Part shown: one piece after another, positions 18,664 through 28,547 of the stretch
Position numbering within the stretch: position 1 is the first letter of the stretch
How the letters are laid out: each line of letters opens with the position of its first letter
Assembly (NCBI GenBank): GCA_947311255.1
Contig: CAMZKL010000022.1
Location: forward strand, 10,801-74,800
Direction: 5' to 3'
Length of the DNA stretch: 64,000 nt
From: an uncultured Chlorobiota bacterium
Lineage (GTDB): Bacteria > Bacteroidota > Bacteroidia > Bacteroidales > JAADGE01
The notes under the pieces: generated by a model
What the model was told of the DNA's origin: nothing
Seen by the model: only the letters and a program-made list of their open reading frames with translations
Databases searched by the model: none
Position numbers and translations under genes: made by a program

Positions 18664-20265
18664 ATGAGCAAAAACAAAAGAGGTGTTTTCCCACGTAAAA
18701 TTAAAGGATTTAGAGATATAAATCCAGAATTAAACCAATTGCGAACAAAAATAATTACAAAAGCCGCAGAAGTATATAGAAAATACGGATATGAGCATTG
18801 GGATACTCCATCAATAGAATATGCTGATAATCTTGGAAAATATATGCCAGACAAAGACACAATAGAAGAAGGAGTTTATTCTTTCAGAAACCCGGAAAAC
18901 GAACCTGTTTACTCAAATAAAGGAGAAGAATTACGAGATAATGACAACTCTGTAATTATGGAAAACCATTATCTTTCAATGAGATACGACCTAACTGCTC
19001 CTTTGGCTCGTTTATATTCTGAAAAAGTTTGGCAAAGCTATATGCAAGGTAATTTAACCGAAAAAAATATACCACTTTTCAGACGCTATCAATTTGGAAG
19101 AGTTTTTAGATATGAAGCAAAATTAGACCCAGGCAGATTTAGAGAGTTTTGGCAAATAGATTTTGATACTGTTGGAACAAATGATGTATCTGCTGATGCC
19201 GAAGCCTGTATGATTTTATCAGATGCAATGGAAGCTATTGGTCTTAAACGAAATACATACATTGTAAATGTTAACGACAGAAAAATTCTTAAAGGATTTC
19301 TAAAAAGTATTGGAATTTTTAAACTAAAAATAGAAGATGACAGCAAAATTCTCCAAGGCGAAGACTTAGAGCAAGCAATTCTTAGAATTATTGATAAGGT
19401 TGACAAAATTGACCTAAAAGGCGTTCTTGAAGAGCTAGGAAAAGGAAGAACTGACACATCCGGAGCAAAAATACAGGGCTTAAACTTACCTGACAGTATT
19501 ATTCCAAAAATAAACAGTTATTTGTCTGCTTTTGAAAACATAAAAACAAGAGCAGAAATTATTGAAAAACTTACAGCATTCAACATAAAAGACGTTATTT
19601 TTAATGAAGGACTTGAAGAACTGAAAAAAATTGATCTTTTATTAAAAAATATTGGATATCAAGATGATAGAATAATGTTTACCCCTACCCTAGTTAGAGG
19701 AATGGCATACTACACAGGACCCGTTTTTGAGGTAAATTCATTACAAACATACAAAGATCACAAAGGACGGAAAAGAGCAGTTGGAGCAATATGCGGAGGT
19801 GGAAGATACGACGGATTAGTAAAAAATTTACTCGGAATAAAAGCTCCTGCAACTGGTGCATCAATTGGAGTGGACAGGCTTGCAGAATTACTTATGCTCA
19901 CAAATCAAAATGATGATTTAGAAGATGGTCCTGTTTTTATTGTAATGTTTGACGATAACTTAATGCCTGAATATCAGAAAATTGCAGCAGAATTAAGAAA
20001 TGCAGGAATTGAAACAGAAGTTTATTACGGCTCTCAAAAACAATTAAAAAAACAAATGAAATATGCCGATAAAAAAAACTGCCCAATTGCCTTATTAATT
20101 GGAGAGAATGAATTTAAAGACGGTATTGTTACTGTTAAAAATCTAAAATTAGGCAAAGACAAATCAATGCAAGCAATACAAGATAGAAATGAATGGCAAT
20201 CAAAAATTCAAAAAGAAATTAAAAGGGAAAATTTAATTCAGTACATTTCAAAAATTATAAAATAA
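18664..20265 (+). CDS. hisS: Histidine--tRNA ligase, long eukaryote/archaeal-like form
   Basis: 533 aa. Class II motifs: RYDLTAPLARLY, FRRYQFGRVFRYEAKLDPGRFREFWQIDFDTVG (motif 2) and CGGGRYDGLV. The C-terminal anticodon-binding domain begins GPVFIVMFDD. Confidence 0.92.
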   Translation: MSKNKRGVFPRKIKGFRDINPELNQLRTKIITKAAEVYRKYGYEHWDTPSIEYADNLGKYMPDKDTIEEGVYSFRNPENEPVYSNKGEELRDNDNSVIMENHYLSMRYDLTAPLARLYSEKVWQSYMQGNLTEKNIPLFRRYQFGRVFRYEAKLDPGRFREFWQIDFDTVGTNDVSADAEACMILSDAMEAIGLKRNTYIVNVNDRKILKGFLKSIGIFKLKIEDDSKILQGEDLEQAILRIIDKVDKIDLKGVLEELGKGRTDTSGAKIQGLNLPDSIIPKINSYLSAFENIKTRAEIIEKLTAFNIKDVIFNEGLEELKKIDLLLKNIGYQDDRIMFTPTLVRGMAYYTGPVFEVNSLQTYKDHKGRKRAVGAICGGGRYDGLVKNLLGIKAPATGASIGVDRLAELLMLTNQNDDLEDGPVFIVMFDDNLMPEYQKIAAELRNAGIETEVYYGSQKQLKKQMKYADKKNCPIALLIGENEFKDGIVTVKNLKLGKDKSMQAIQDRNEWQSKIQKEIKRENLIQYISKIIK

Positions 20266-20449
20266 ATGAATACCAAAAAACAAAAAACATCTCAAAAAAT
20301 TCAAGTTTTTATTATTATACTATTATTTTAAGCTATTACACTTTATTCAAATATCTGAAACTTTAAGTTTTTTTTTGGACGAAGGTTTAATGTTAAAAAG
20401 AATAAACAATAAATTTCAAAAAATTTAATCTCCATATTTTTTTTATACC

Positions 20450-20457
20450 TATCTTTG
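20450..20457 (+). promoter_or_regulatory. -7 promoter box (TATCTTTG) for the pyrD operon
   Basis: Exact TAnnTTTG match 17 nt upstream of the pyrD ATG. Confidence 0.5.
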
Positions 20458-20473
20458 TAAAAAAAAACGGAAT

Positions 20474-21529
20474 ATGTATAAAACAATAATCAGACCTGTC
20501 TTATTCCTTTTTAATCCTGAATCAATTCACGGAATTCTCATCAATTTTTTAAAACTAATTAATATACTTCCTGGAATGAAAGCCCTTTTGAGGCTTTTTT
20601 TTATGTCTGAAAATCAGCTACTTAAAAAAACTGTTTTTGGAATTGAATTTAAAAATCCTATTGGTCTTGCTGCTGGATTTGATAAAAATGCCGAAGTTTT
20701 TAAAGCTATAAACAGCTTTGGTTTTTCATTTATTGAAATTGGATCTGTAACACCACTTCCTCAAAGCGGAAACCCAAAACCCAGAATTTTCAGGTTGAAA
20801 AAAGACAAAGCAATAATCAATAGAATGGGCTTTAATAATAATGGTTTACATGAAGCAATTAAAAAATTAAAAAAACGAAAGAACAACATTATTGTAGGAG
20901 GAAATATTGGAAAAAATACTGCAACATTAAATAAAAATGCAAACCAAGACTATATAAAATGCTTCAACGAACTACACCCTTTTGTAGATTATTTTACAGT
21001 AAACATAAGTTGTCCTAACGTCTGCAACCTCAGAGAACTACAAGACAAAGATGTTTTGTTGGAATTACTTTCAAAACTTAAAAAAATAAATGCGAGCAAA
21101 CATAAGCCTAAACCAATTTTACTTAAAATATCGCCAGATTTAACATTCCCTTTGATTGATGATACTTTGGAAGTAATAAGAAAAACAGGAATAGATGGAA
21201 TAGTTGCAACAAACACAACAACATCAAGAGAAGAACTCTCATATTCAGAAGATTACATAAGCAAAATAGCAAATGGAGGCTTAAGTGGAAAACCATTAAA
21301 AGACCGTTCAACCGAAATTATTAAATATATTTCTAAAAAAACAAAAGGTAATCTTCCCATAATTGGAGTAGGAGGAATAATGAATGCAGAAGATGCAATT
21401 GAAAAATTAAATGCAGGAGCATCTCTTGTCCAAATCTATACAGGCTTTATCTATGAAGGACCTAGTATCGTAAAAAAAATTAACAATACAATTATAAAAA
21501 ACCTTACAAAACAAAAAAATAGTATGTAA
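20474..21529 (+). CDS. pyrD: Dihydroorotate dehydrogenase (quinone), class 2
   Basis: 351 aa with a hydrophobic N-terminal extension and motifs GLAAGFDKN, NRMGFNNNG, NISCPN and GVGGI. Confidence 0.93.
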   Translation: MYKTIIRPVLFLFNPESIHGILINFLKLINILPGMKALLRLFFMSENQLLKKTVFGIEFKNPIGLAAGFDKNAEVFKAINSFGFSFIEIGSVTPLPQSGNPKPRIFRLKKDKAIINRMGFNNNGLHEAIKKLKKRKNNIIVGGNIGKNTATLNKNANQDYIKCFNELHPFVDYFTVNISCPNVCNLRELQDKDVLLELLSKLKKINASKHKPKPILLKISPDLTFPLIDDTLEVIRKTGIDGIVATNTTTSREELSYSEDYISKIANGGLSGKPLKDRSTEIIKYISKKTKGNLPIIGVGGIMNAEDAIEKLNAGASLVQIYTGFIYEGPSIVKKINNTIIKNLTKQKNSM

Positions 21530-21534
21530 TTAAT

Positions 21535-22806
21535 ATGAAAACACTCCTAAAAAACTGCAAAATAAATAACACCATACAAAATCTGTTAATAAACGATAAG
21601 ATTATTTCCTACATTGGGAAAAACACACCAGCTTGCAATAAAGAAATTGATATAAATAACTTAACAATTATACCTGGATTAATTGATCCACACACACACA
21701 TAAGAGATTTAAAACAAGCAGAAAAAGAAGACTGGACATCAGCATCGAATGCAGCACTAAGAGGTGGCACTACTATGGTTTTTGATATGCCAAATACAAG
21801 ACCCCCTACCGTAAATTTAGAATATCTTAATTTAAAAAGAGAAAAAGCAAAACTCTCAAAAGTAAATTATATGTTCAATATTGCAGCAACTTCTTTAAAT
21901 TTACCAGAAGTTATAAAAATTCTTGAAACTAAACCAACTGACGTAGCAGCTCTAAAACTATTCCTTGCAGGCTCAAACTCAAATGAATATGTTGATGATG
22001 AAGAAATAATTAAACAAATTTTTAACATTTCTCTAAAATATAATTTACCTGTAATTGTTCATACAGAACTTCAAAAATGTGTTGAAGAATATTCTGAAAA
22101 AATAAAACACCCCTCTGTAAAAGACCATAACTACATGAGAAACAGAGAATGTTCAATTAAAGGAACAGAATTACTTATAAAAATTGCTATAGAAACAGGA
22201 AATAAATTGTATATTGCACACACTTCAACAGCTGAAGAAATTGATATCATAAAAGCCAACAAAAACAAATGTAAAGTATATTGCGAAACATCCCCGCATC
22301 ATCTTTTAATTAATAAAGAGATTTTAGAAACAGCGAAAAATTTTGGTAAAGTAAATCCACCACTAAGAACAAAAAACGATAACAAAAGAATACTAAAAGG
22401 AATAATTGAAGGAACAATTGATACAATTGGTACTGACCATGCACCACACAAAAAAAGTGAAAAACTAAAAATTTACAATGAAGCCCCTTCTGGTTTTCCC
22501 GGCTTAGAAACTTCTTTACCTTTATTACTTAATGAAGTCAATAAAGGCAGTTTTTCATTAAACAAACTTATTGAACTGACATCATTAAACAGTAAAAACA
22601 TATTCAATATAAAAAAAAGAGGAAAAATAGAAGAAGGTTATTTTGCAGATTTAACAGTAATTGATTTTAACAAAACATGGAAAATTGAAGCAAAAAAATT
22701 CAATACAAAAGCAAAATATTCTCCTTACGAAGGAATGACAGGCAAAGGCGATATCAATATGACTTTTGTTAACGGTAAATTAAAGTATAAACAAACAATC
22801 AATTAA
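21535..22806 (+). CDS. pyrC: Dihydroorotase (amidohydrolase superfamily)
   Basis: 423 aa with metal-binding DPHTHIRD and GTDHAPH motifs. It sits between pyrD and pyrEF. Confidence 0.88.
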   Translation: MKTLLKNCKINNTIQNLLINDKIISYIGKNTPACNKEIDINNLTIIPGLIDPHTHIRDLKQAEKEDWTSASNAALRGGTTMVFDMPNTRPPTVNLEYLNLKREKAKLSKVNYMFNIAATSLNLPEVIKILETKPTDVAALKLFLAGSNSNEYVDDEEIIKQIFNISLKYNLPVIVHTELQKCVEEYSEKIKHPSVKDHNYMRNRECSIKGTELLIKIAIETGNKLYIAHTSTAEEIDIIKANKNKCKVYCETSPHHLLINKEILETAKNFGKVNPPLRTKNDNKRILKGIIEGTIDTIGTDHAPHKKSEKLKIYNEAPSGFPGLETSLPLLLNEVNKGSFSLNKLIELTSLNSKNIFNIKKRGKIEEGYFADLTVIDFNKTWKIEAKKFNTKAKYSPYEGMTGKGDINMTFVNGKLKYKQTIN

Positions 22807-22808
22807 TT

Positions 22809-24173
22809 ATGAAAAAAGAATTTTTCATCCTAAGACTACACGACATAGGAGCAATAAAATTTGGAGAATTTACTCTAAAAAGTGGTAAAAAATCTCCTTT
22901 TTATTTTGATTTGCGAGATATGATTTCATACCCCGATATTCTTAACACAGCAGTAAATTTAATTGTCGATAAAATTGAAGATTTAGATTTTGATTATATT
23001 TCAGGAATACCATATACTGCACTCCCCATTGCAACATTAGTTGCAGACATATTAGACAAACCGCTTATATATGCAAGAAAAGAAGAAAAATCCTATGGAA
23101 CAAAAAACACAATTATAGGAAAATTTGAAAAAGGTTCAAAATGCTTAATTATTGATGATTTAATAACATCAGGAGAAAGCATAATTGAAATATCAGAAAA
23201 ATTTAATAAAGAAGGTATTGAAACAATCGATTTTTCAGTACTTATTGACAGAAGCGACAATGCAAAGCAAAAATTAAGTAATGCAGGATTTAATCTTCAC
23301 CCAATATTTGAATTAGATGAAGTCATTAAAATTCTTAGAACTAACAATAGAATTACAAAACAAAGAGCTTCTCAAATTAAAAAATATACAAACGTAAAGC
23401 ATGAAAAAACAGATATAAAAGTTAAAAATAATCATTTAACCAAAATATTAAAGCAAAAAATAGAACAAAAAAAATCTAATCTAATACTTTCGCTTGATGT
23501 TGATAATCAAAAAGATTTTTTTGAAATTATTGACAAAACTTATAAGCATATTGTAATGGTAAAAACTCACGTCGATATTATAAATGATTTTGATGAAAAC
23601 TTCATAAAAAAACTTAAAGAATACGCAATCACTCGTAATTTTATGATTTTTGAAGACAGAAAATTTGCAGACATAGGAAATACTGTTCAGAAACAATATA
23701 AAAACGGAATATATAAAATAAAACAATGGTCAAATTTCATAACTGTTCATGCAAGTCCAGGAGAAGGAATTTTACAAGGTCTTTTTTCAGGAGTTGTTAA
23801 CAGAAGTTCATTTTTATTAGCAAAAATGTCATCAAAAGGCAATTTAATGAACGATAATTATACAAGACAAGTTTTTGAAATGGGAAAAAAATATTCCGAT
23901 GTAGTTTCAGGATACATAGTTCATGCAAACACAAAAGAAGAATTACAAAGATTAAAAAACAAAATTCCAAAGGGTCAATTATTATTAATGCCCGGAGTTA
24001 AACTCAAAGCAGGAGAAGATGCCACAGGTCAACAATACACAACCGTAGAAGATGCAATGCAAGGTGGTGCAGATTGTATAATTGTAGGAAGAGGAATAAT
24101 TGCGAATAATAATCCAGAGAAAATTGCAAAAGAATATAAGGAACGTGCTTGGAAAATTTACTCAAATAAATAA
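22809..24173 (+). CDS. pyrEF: Bifunctional orotate phosphoribosyltransferase / OMP decarboxylase (UMP synthase-type fusion)
   Basis: A single 454-aa ORF. The N-terminal half has the PRTase motif CLIIDDLITSGES. The C-terminal half has ODCase motifs LILSLDV, MVKTHVDIINDF, IFEDRKFADIGNTV and IIVGRGI. Confidence 0.9.
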   Translation: MKKEFFILRLHDIGAIKFGEFTLKSGKKSPFYFDLRDMISYPDILNTAVNLIVDKIEDLDFDYISGIPYTALPIATLVADILDKPLIYARKEEKSYGTKNTIIGKFEKGSKCLIIDDLITSGESIIEISEKFNKEGIETIDFSVLIDRSDNAKQKLSNAGFNLHPIFELDEVIKILRTNNRITKQRASQIKKYTNVKHEKTDIKVKNNHLTKILKQKIEQKKSNLILSLDVDNQKDFFEIIDKTYKHIVMVKTHVDIINDFDENFIKKLKEYAITRNFMIFEDRKFADIGNTVQKQYKNGIYKIKQWSNFITVHASPGEGILQGLFSGVVNRSSFLLAKMSSKGNLMNDNYTRQVFEMGKKYSDVVSGYIVHANTKEELQRLKNKIPKGQLLLMPGVKLKAGEDATGQQYTTVEDAMQGGADCIIVGRGIIANNNPEKIAKEYKERAWKIYSNK

Positions 24174-24370
24174 ACAAATAAGTAAAGTAAGAAAATAATA
24201 ATAATACATGAAACTCTCAGGACAAATATTTTTACACACAAGGGCATGATTATAATTCAGCACAATGATTACGTGCAAAAAAAAGCAAGTGTTCCTATGT
24301 GCAGAGCAAAACAATTAGTATAAATTAACTTTTAACTTTACACTTTCAAACTTTTAACTTTTTTAGACAC

Positions 24371-25276
24371 ATGAAACACCTAATCTCAATGCAAGATGTC
24401 AGTACCAAAGACATTATGAAACTAATAGATTTAGCCGACAAAATTGAAAACAAAAAAATTAATGTTGATATGACTGGCAAATTGGCTGCATTACTATTTT
24501 TTGAACCCTCAACAAGAACACATTTTTCCTTTGAAACTGCTGTAAAAAAACTTGGAGGCAACACTTTCTCAATGTCTGGAACAAACTCAACATCTGTTAA
24601 GAAAGGCGAAACATTAAGCGATACACTTATGACAATTAGTATGTATGCAGATTTAATTGTTATGAGACACATTATTGAAGGTGCTGCAAGATTTGCAGCA
24701 GAAACTGTTGATGTTCCAGTAATTAATGCAGGAGATGGAACAAATCAGCACCCAACACAAGCAATGCTCGATTTATATTCCATAAAAAAAACACAAGGCA
24801 CTTTAGAAAATTTAACAATAGGATTAATTGGCGATTTAAGATTAGGTAGAACTGTTCATTCTCTTTCTCAGGCATTATCCGATTTCAATACAAAATTTTA
24901 TTTTGCTTCACCAAGTCATTTACAAATGCCTAAATATATTACTGACGATTTAGACAAAAAAGGTATTCAGTACCAAGAATTAGAAGATATAAAAGAAGTA
25001 ATGCATGAACTTGACATTATGTATGTTACAAGAATACAGAAGGAACGGTTTGCAGTTTTGGAAGACTACGAAAAAGTAAAAGACAGCTACATAATAACAA
25101 AAAAACTATTGGAAGGTGTTAAAAACAACTTTAAGGTTTTGCATCCGCTTCCCAGAGTAAATGAAATTACAACAGAAGTTGACAACACTAAATATGCATA
25201 CTATTTTCAACAAGCTAAAAATGGAGTATATATGAGACAAGCAATAATTACAGAGCTTTTAAACTTAAAATACTAA
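24371..25276 (+). CDS. pyrB: Aspartate carbamoyltransferase catalytic subunit
   Basis: Motifs FFEPSTRTHFSFE, NQHPTQA and VLHPLPRVNEI. Confidence 0.95.
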   Translation: MKHLISMQDVSTKDIMKLIDLADKIENKKINVDMTGKLAALLFFEPSTRTHFSFETAVKKLGGNTFSMSGTNSTSVKKGETLSDTLMTISMYADLIVMRHIIEGAARFAAETVDVPVINAGDGTNQHPTQAMLDLYSIKKTQGTLENLTIGLIGDLRLGRTVHSLSQALSDFNTKFYFASPSHLQMPKYITDDLDKKGIQYQELEDIKEVMHELDIMYVTRIQKERFAVLEDYEKVKDSYIITKKLLEGVKNNFKVLHPLPRVNEITTEVDNTKYAYYFQQAKNGVYMRQAIITELLNLKY

Positions 25277-25316
25277 GCCTATAATTAACAAATAAACACT
25301 AAACATTAAAAATAAA

Positions 25317-25775
25317 ATGAATAAAGAAAAACTAAAAGTTGACCCAATAAAAAACGGAACTGTAATTGACCATGTAACAGCAGGTAAAGCACTTAAAGTT
25401 GCAGACATTCTAAATATTGAAAATTCTACAAAAGAAATAATGATAGGACTTAACCTTTCCAGCAAAAAGATGGAAAAAAAAGACATAATAAAGATAGAAA
25501 ACAGAGAAATTTCAAAACAAGAAGCTAACTCTATTGCTTTAATTTCTCCAACTGCAACATTAATTATTATTAAAGATTACAAAGTAGTTAAGAAATTTGG
25601 AATTGATATTCCAAAAGAAATAAAACAACATATAATTTGCCCAAATTCTCATTGCATAACAAACCATGAGCAAGTAAAAACTCGTTTTATACTAGCCGGC
25701 AAAAATCCGATTGAAGTTAGATGTGCGTATTGTGAAAAAAAATATTTTATTGACGAAGTGAAGTTTAGTTTTTAA
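25317..25775 (+). CDS. pyrI: Aspartate carbamoyltransferase regulatory subunit
   Basis: 152 aa with N-terminal KVDPIKNGTVIDHV and C-terminal zinc-domain cysteines (CPNSHC...CAYCEK). Confidence 0.92.
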   Translation: MNKEKLKVDPIKNGTVIDHVTAGKALKVADILNIENSTKEIMIGLNLSSKKMEKKDIIKIENREISKQEANSIALISPTATLIIIKDYKVVKKFGIDIPKEIKQHIICPNSHCITNHEQVKTRFILAGKNPIEVRCAYCEKKYFIDEVKFSF

Positions 25776-25784
25776 CATTCAAAC

Positions 25785-25810
25785 AAAAACTACAAAAATA
25801 GTTTTTTTAT
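25785..25810 (+). terminator. AT-rich hairpin plus T-run after pyrI
   Basis: AAAAACTA (25785-25792) pairs with TAGTTTTT (25799-25806), followed by TT. The stem is weak because it is almost all A/T. Confidence 0.3.
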
Positions 25811-26030
25811 TTATTGAGTTTAAATATTTTTATTAAACAATATATTTCTTAGTCTGTAAATTTAAAAATTAGTCGGACAAAAATATTAAAAAAACACAAA
25901 TTTCTAATATTTCAGAACATAAGCATTATTTTACATTCTTTAGAATAAATATTATACCAATTTTAGTTTGTCAATAAAGCTAAAGCCAAAACGCATTTGT
26001 ACTAACAAATCTTAAAAAACACACAAACTA

Positions 26031-27587
26031 CTAACATTCAGCAACTTGCCTTATCACATCAATAATTGTTCCATCACGATATTCTATTAAACCAACAATT
26101 TTATCAGTAAATTTTATAGGTTTTGCTGTTCCAACAATTTCATCAACTTCTTTTTCCAACTCTTCTATTTTTCTTGTTTTAATTCCTGCTTTATTAAGCC
26201 TTTTTTCTAATTCAGGAAATTTAGGATTTACACAAATTCCTCTTTCTGTAACTAAAACATGAACTGATTCGCCAGGAGTTACAACTGTATGAACTTTTTT
26301 TGTTACAATAGGAATCCTTCCTCTAAAAGATGGGCAAACAATAACCGTAAGTTGAGCTCCCGATGCAGTATCACTATGTCCGCCTGATGCTCCCCTAATA
26401 TTTCCTTCCGAACCTGTTATTACATTTACATTAAAATCTGTATCAATTTCTAATGCTCCAAGTGCTACAACATCAAGTTTATTCGTCATACAACCACAGT
26501 TAAAAGGATTTGCATAAAGTGATGCTGGTATTTCAATATGATGCTTATTGTTTAATAATGAATAACTTACTTCGGCATCAAAAGACTGAACATCAAAAAG
26601 TGTTTTGAATAAACCTTCTTTTAGCATTTCAACACAATATGAAGTTATACCTCCAAGCATAAAACTTCCTTTTATGTTTTTATGTTTCATTTTTTCTCTA
26701 ATGAATTTTGCAACTGCCAATGATGCTCCCCCTGCCCCAACTTGAAAAGAGAAACCCTCATCAAACAAACCTGAATGTTCAATTACATCTGCTGCGAGTT
26801 TTGCAATTCGCAAATCCATTGGCGATTTTGTAATACGTGTTGTTCCACTTGCAATTTTTGTAGGGTCGCCAATTGAATCAACTTTCACTATGTAATCTAC
26901 AAAATCTTGTCTAATTCCTATTGGGTTACACGGGTAATCAACCAAATTGTCTGTAACAACAATTACTTGTTTTCCGTAACGGGCATCAATTCTTGCATAA
27001 CCAATTGAGCCAAAGGCAGATTTACCATGTGCACCGGTTGCATTTCCTTCTTCGTCGGCTGATGCTGCCGGAATTATTGTAAGGTCTGGTTTTATTTTAC
27101 CTGTATGAATTGCTCTTACTCTTCCTCCATGAGAATGGATTACAACAGGATTTTTTAAAATGCCTTTTGAAATTGCTTTTCCAAGTTCGCCCCTAATTCC
27201 AGACGACCAAATTTTTGTAATTGTTCCATCTTCTAAATATCTCAAAAGTGCATCATGCGATTCGTTAAGTGATGAAGAAGCAAGTGTAATATCTTTTATG
27301 CCCAATTCTGCTAAAATTGAAATTGCTTTTACTAAAATATCATCTCCATTTCTTAAATGATGGTGATATGTTAATGTCATTCCACTTTGAGGATTAGTTT
27401 TAAGAATTGCTTCTTTTAAAGTGTCGCATATTTTTTTTTGATGTGGCAACTTTGCTTTGTTTGGAGGAGGTACACTAATTTCATCCATCCAACCTTTTTT
27501 TAGTTTTTCCCAAGCCCCCATAAAAGGTTCAAGTTCGCCAATATATTTTATTTTATTTGGTATTTCTCTGTTTATTGCGTTTTTCAT
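26031..27587 (-). CDS. citF: Citrate lyase alpha subunit (citrate CoA-transferase)
   Basis: 518 aa with the HHHLRNGD motif and the typical length. It follows citD-citE. Confidence 0.9.
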   Translation of the reverse strand: MKNAINREIPNKIKYIGELEPFMGAWEKLKKGWMDEISVPPPNKAKLPHQKKICDTLKEAILKTNPQSGMTLTYHHHLRNGDDILVKAISILAELGIKDITLASSSLNESHDALLRYLEDGTITKIWSSGIRGELGKAISKGILKNPVVIHSHGGRVRAIHTGKIKPDLTIIPAASADEEGNATGAHGKSAFGSIGYARIDARYGKQVIVVTDNLVDYPCNPIGIRQDFVDYIVKVDSIGDPTKIASGTTRITKSPMDLRIAKLAADVIEHSGLFDEGFSFQVGAGGASLAVAKFIREKMKHKNIKGSFMLGGITSYCVEMLKEGLFKTLFDVQSFDAEVSYSLLNNKHHIEIPASLYANPFNCGCMTNKLDVVALGALEIDTDFNVNVITGSEGNIRGASGGHSDTASGAQLTVIVCPSFRGRIPIVTKKVHTVVTPGESVHVLVTERGICVNPKFPELEKRLNKAGIKTRKIEELEKEVDEIVGTAKPIKFTDKIVGLIEYRDGTIIDVIRQVAEC

Positions 27588-27671
27588 TTTTTCTTTATAT
27601 ATATTTATTAGGCTTTTTATAAAAATACATTTTTTGGTATCTGTGTGAATGGTTTTATGAACATTCTTTCA

Positions 27672-28541
27672 TTAGTATTTTATATCCGCTAAATCCAAAG
27701 TATGCCTAGCCCTTGCAACCACCGGAGCATCAACCATTTTACCATCAATTGCAAAAACTCCAATTCCAGCATCTTTATTTTTTTTGAATTCTTTAATAAT
27801 TCTAAAAGCTCGTCTTATTTCAGCTTCTGTTGGTGTAAAAACTTCATGAATAATATCAATTTGACGAGGATTAATAACAGCTTTTCCTGTAAAGCCAATT
27901 TTTTTTGCATATTCAGTTTCTATTCTTAAACCTTCTTCATCGTTAACATCAACAAAAACAGTATCAATAGCATCAATATTATTTGCTTTTGCTGCCATCA
28001 CAATCATTTTTCTGGCAAGGTCAATTCCAGAGCCATCTTTTGCGTTTGCAATGTTCATGTCGGCAGTTAAATCTTGCCCTCCAATTGTTATTGCATCAAC
28101 TCTTTTGGAAAATTTCGCAATTTTAAAAACATTTTGCACTCCAAGAGCAGTTTCAATCATTGCATGAATTGTCATTTTATTATGAGGCAAATTATGTTTG
28201 TTTTCAATGATTTCTATAATATCAATAAGTTTTTTTAATTCTTTAACGGTTTCAGTTTTTGGAAATCGTATTGCATCTGGTTGTAATGGCACAATAGTTT
28301 CTAAATCTTCAATTCCAAAAGGTGTGTCTAAATGATTTACACGTACACAAACCTCTGTGTTATAATAACTTATTGATTTTAGCATATTTTTTACTAAAAT
28401 CCTTGCCGAATCTTTTTCATTTAATGCAACAGCATCTTCTAAGTCGAGCAAAAGACTATCTGCTCCATAAATTCCGCCTTGTTGCAACATTGCCGGATTG
28501 TTTCCGGGTATGTATAGCATTGTTCTTCTTTTTGTCTTCAT
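27672..28541 (-). CDS. citE: Citrate lyase beta subunit (citryl-CoA lyase)
   Basis: 289 aa, HpcH/HpaI aldolase/CitE-like (RTMLYIPGNNP, LDLEDAV). Confidence 0.9.
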   Translation of the reverse strand: MKTKRRTMLYIPGNNPAMLQQGGIYGADSLLLDLEDAVALNEKDSARILVKNMLKSISYYNTEVCVRVNHLDTPFGIEDLETIVPLQPDAIRFPKTETVKELKKLIDIIEIIENKHNLPHNKMTIHAMIETALGVQNVFKIAKFSKRVDAITIGGQDLTADMNIANAKDGSGIDLARKMIVMAAKANNIDAIDTVFVDVNDEEGLRIETEYAKKIGFTGKAVINPRQIDIIHEVFTPTEAEIRRAFRIIKEFKKNKDAGIGVFAIDGKMVDAPVVARARHTLDLADIKY

Positions 28542-28547
28542 TGTTTT

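Noticed and set aside
20266-20331. 21-codon ORF (MNTKKQKTSQKIQVFIIILLF) starting immediately after the hisS stop codon.
   Set aside because: In DNA this AT-rich, a short ORF like this is expected by chance. There is no supporting motif, and I cannot assess conservation.
24174-24370. 197-nt gap between pyrEF and pyrB, examined for a pyrimidine-responsive attenuator or PyrR site.
   Set aside because: It holds only short direct repeats (ATGATTA x2, ACTTTTAAC x2) and a 4-bp stem. There is no convincing terminator/antiterminator pair or leader peptide.
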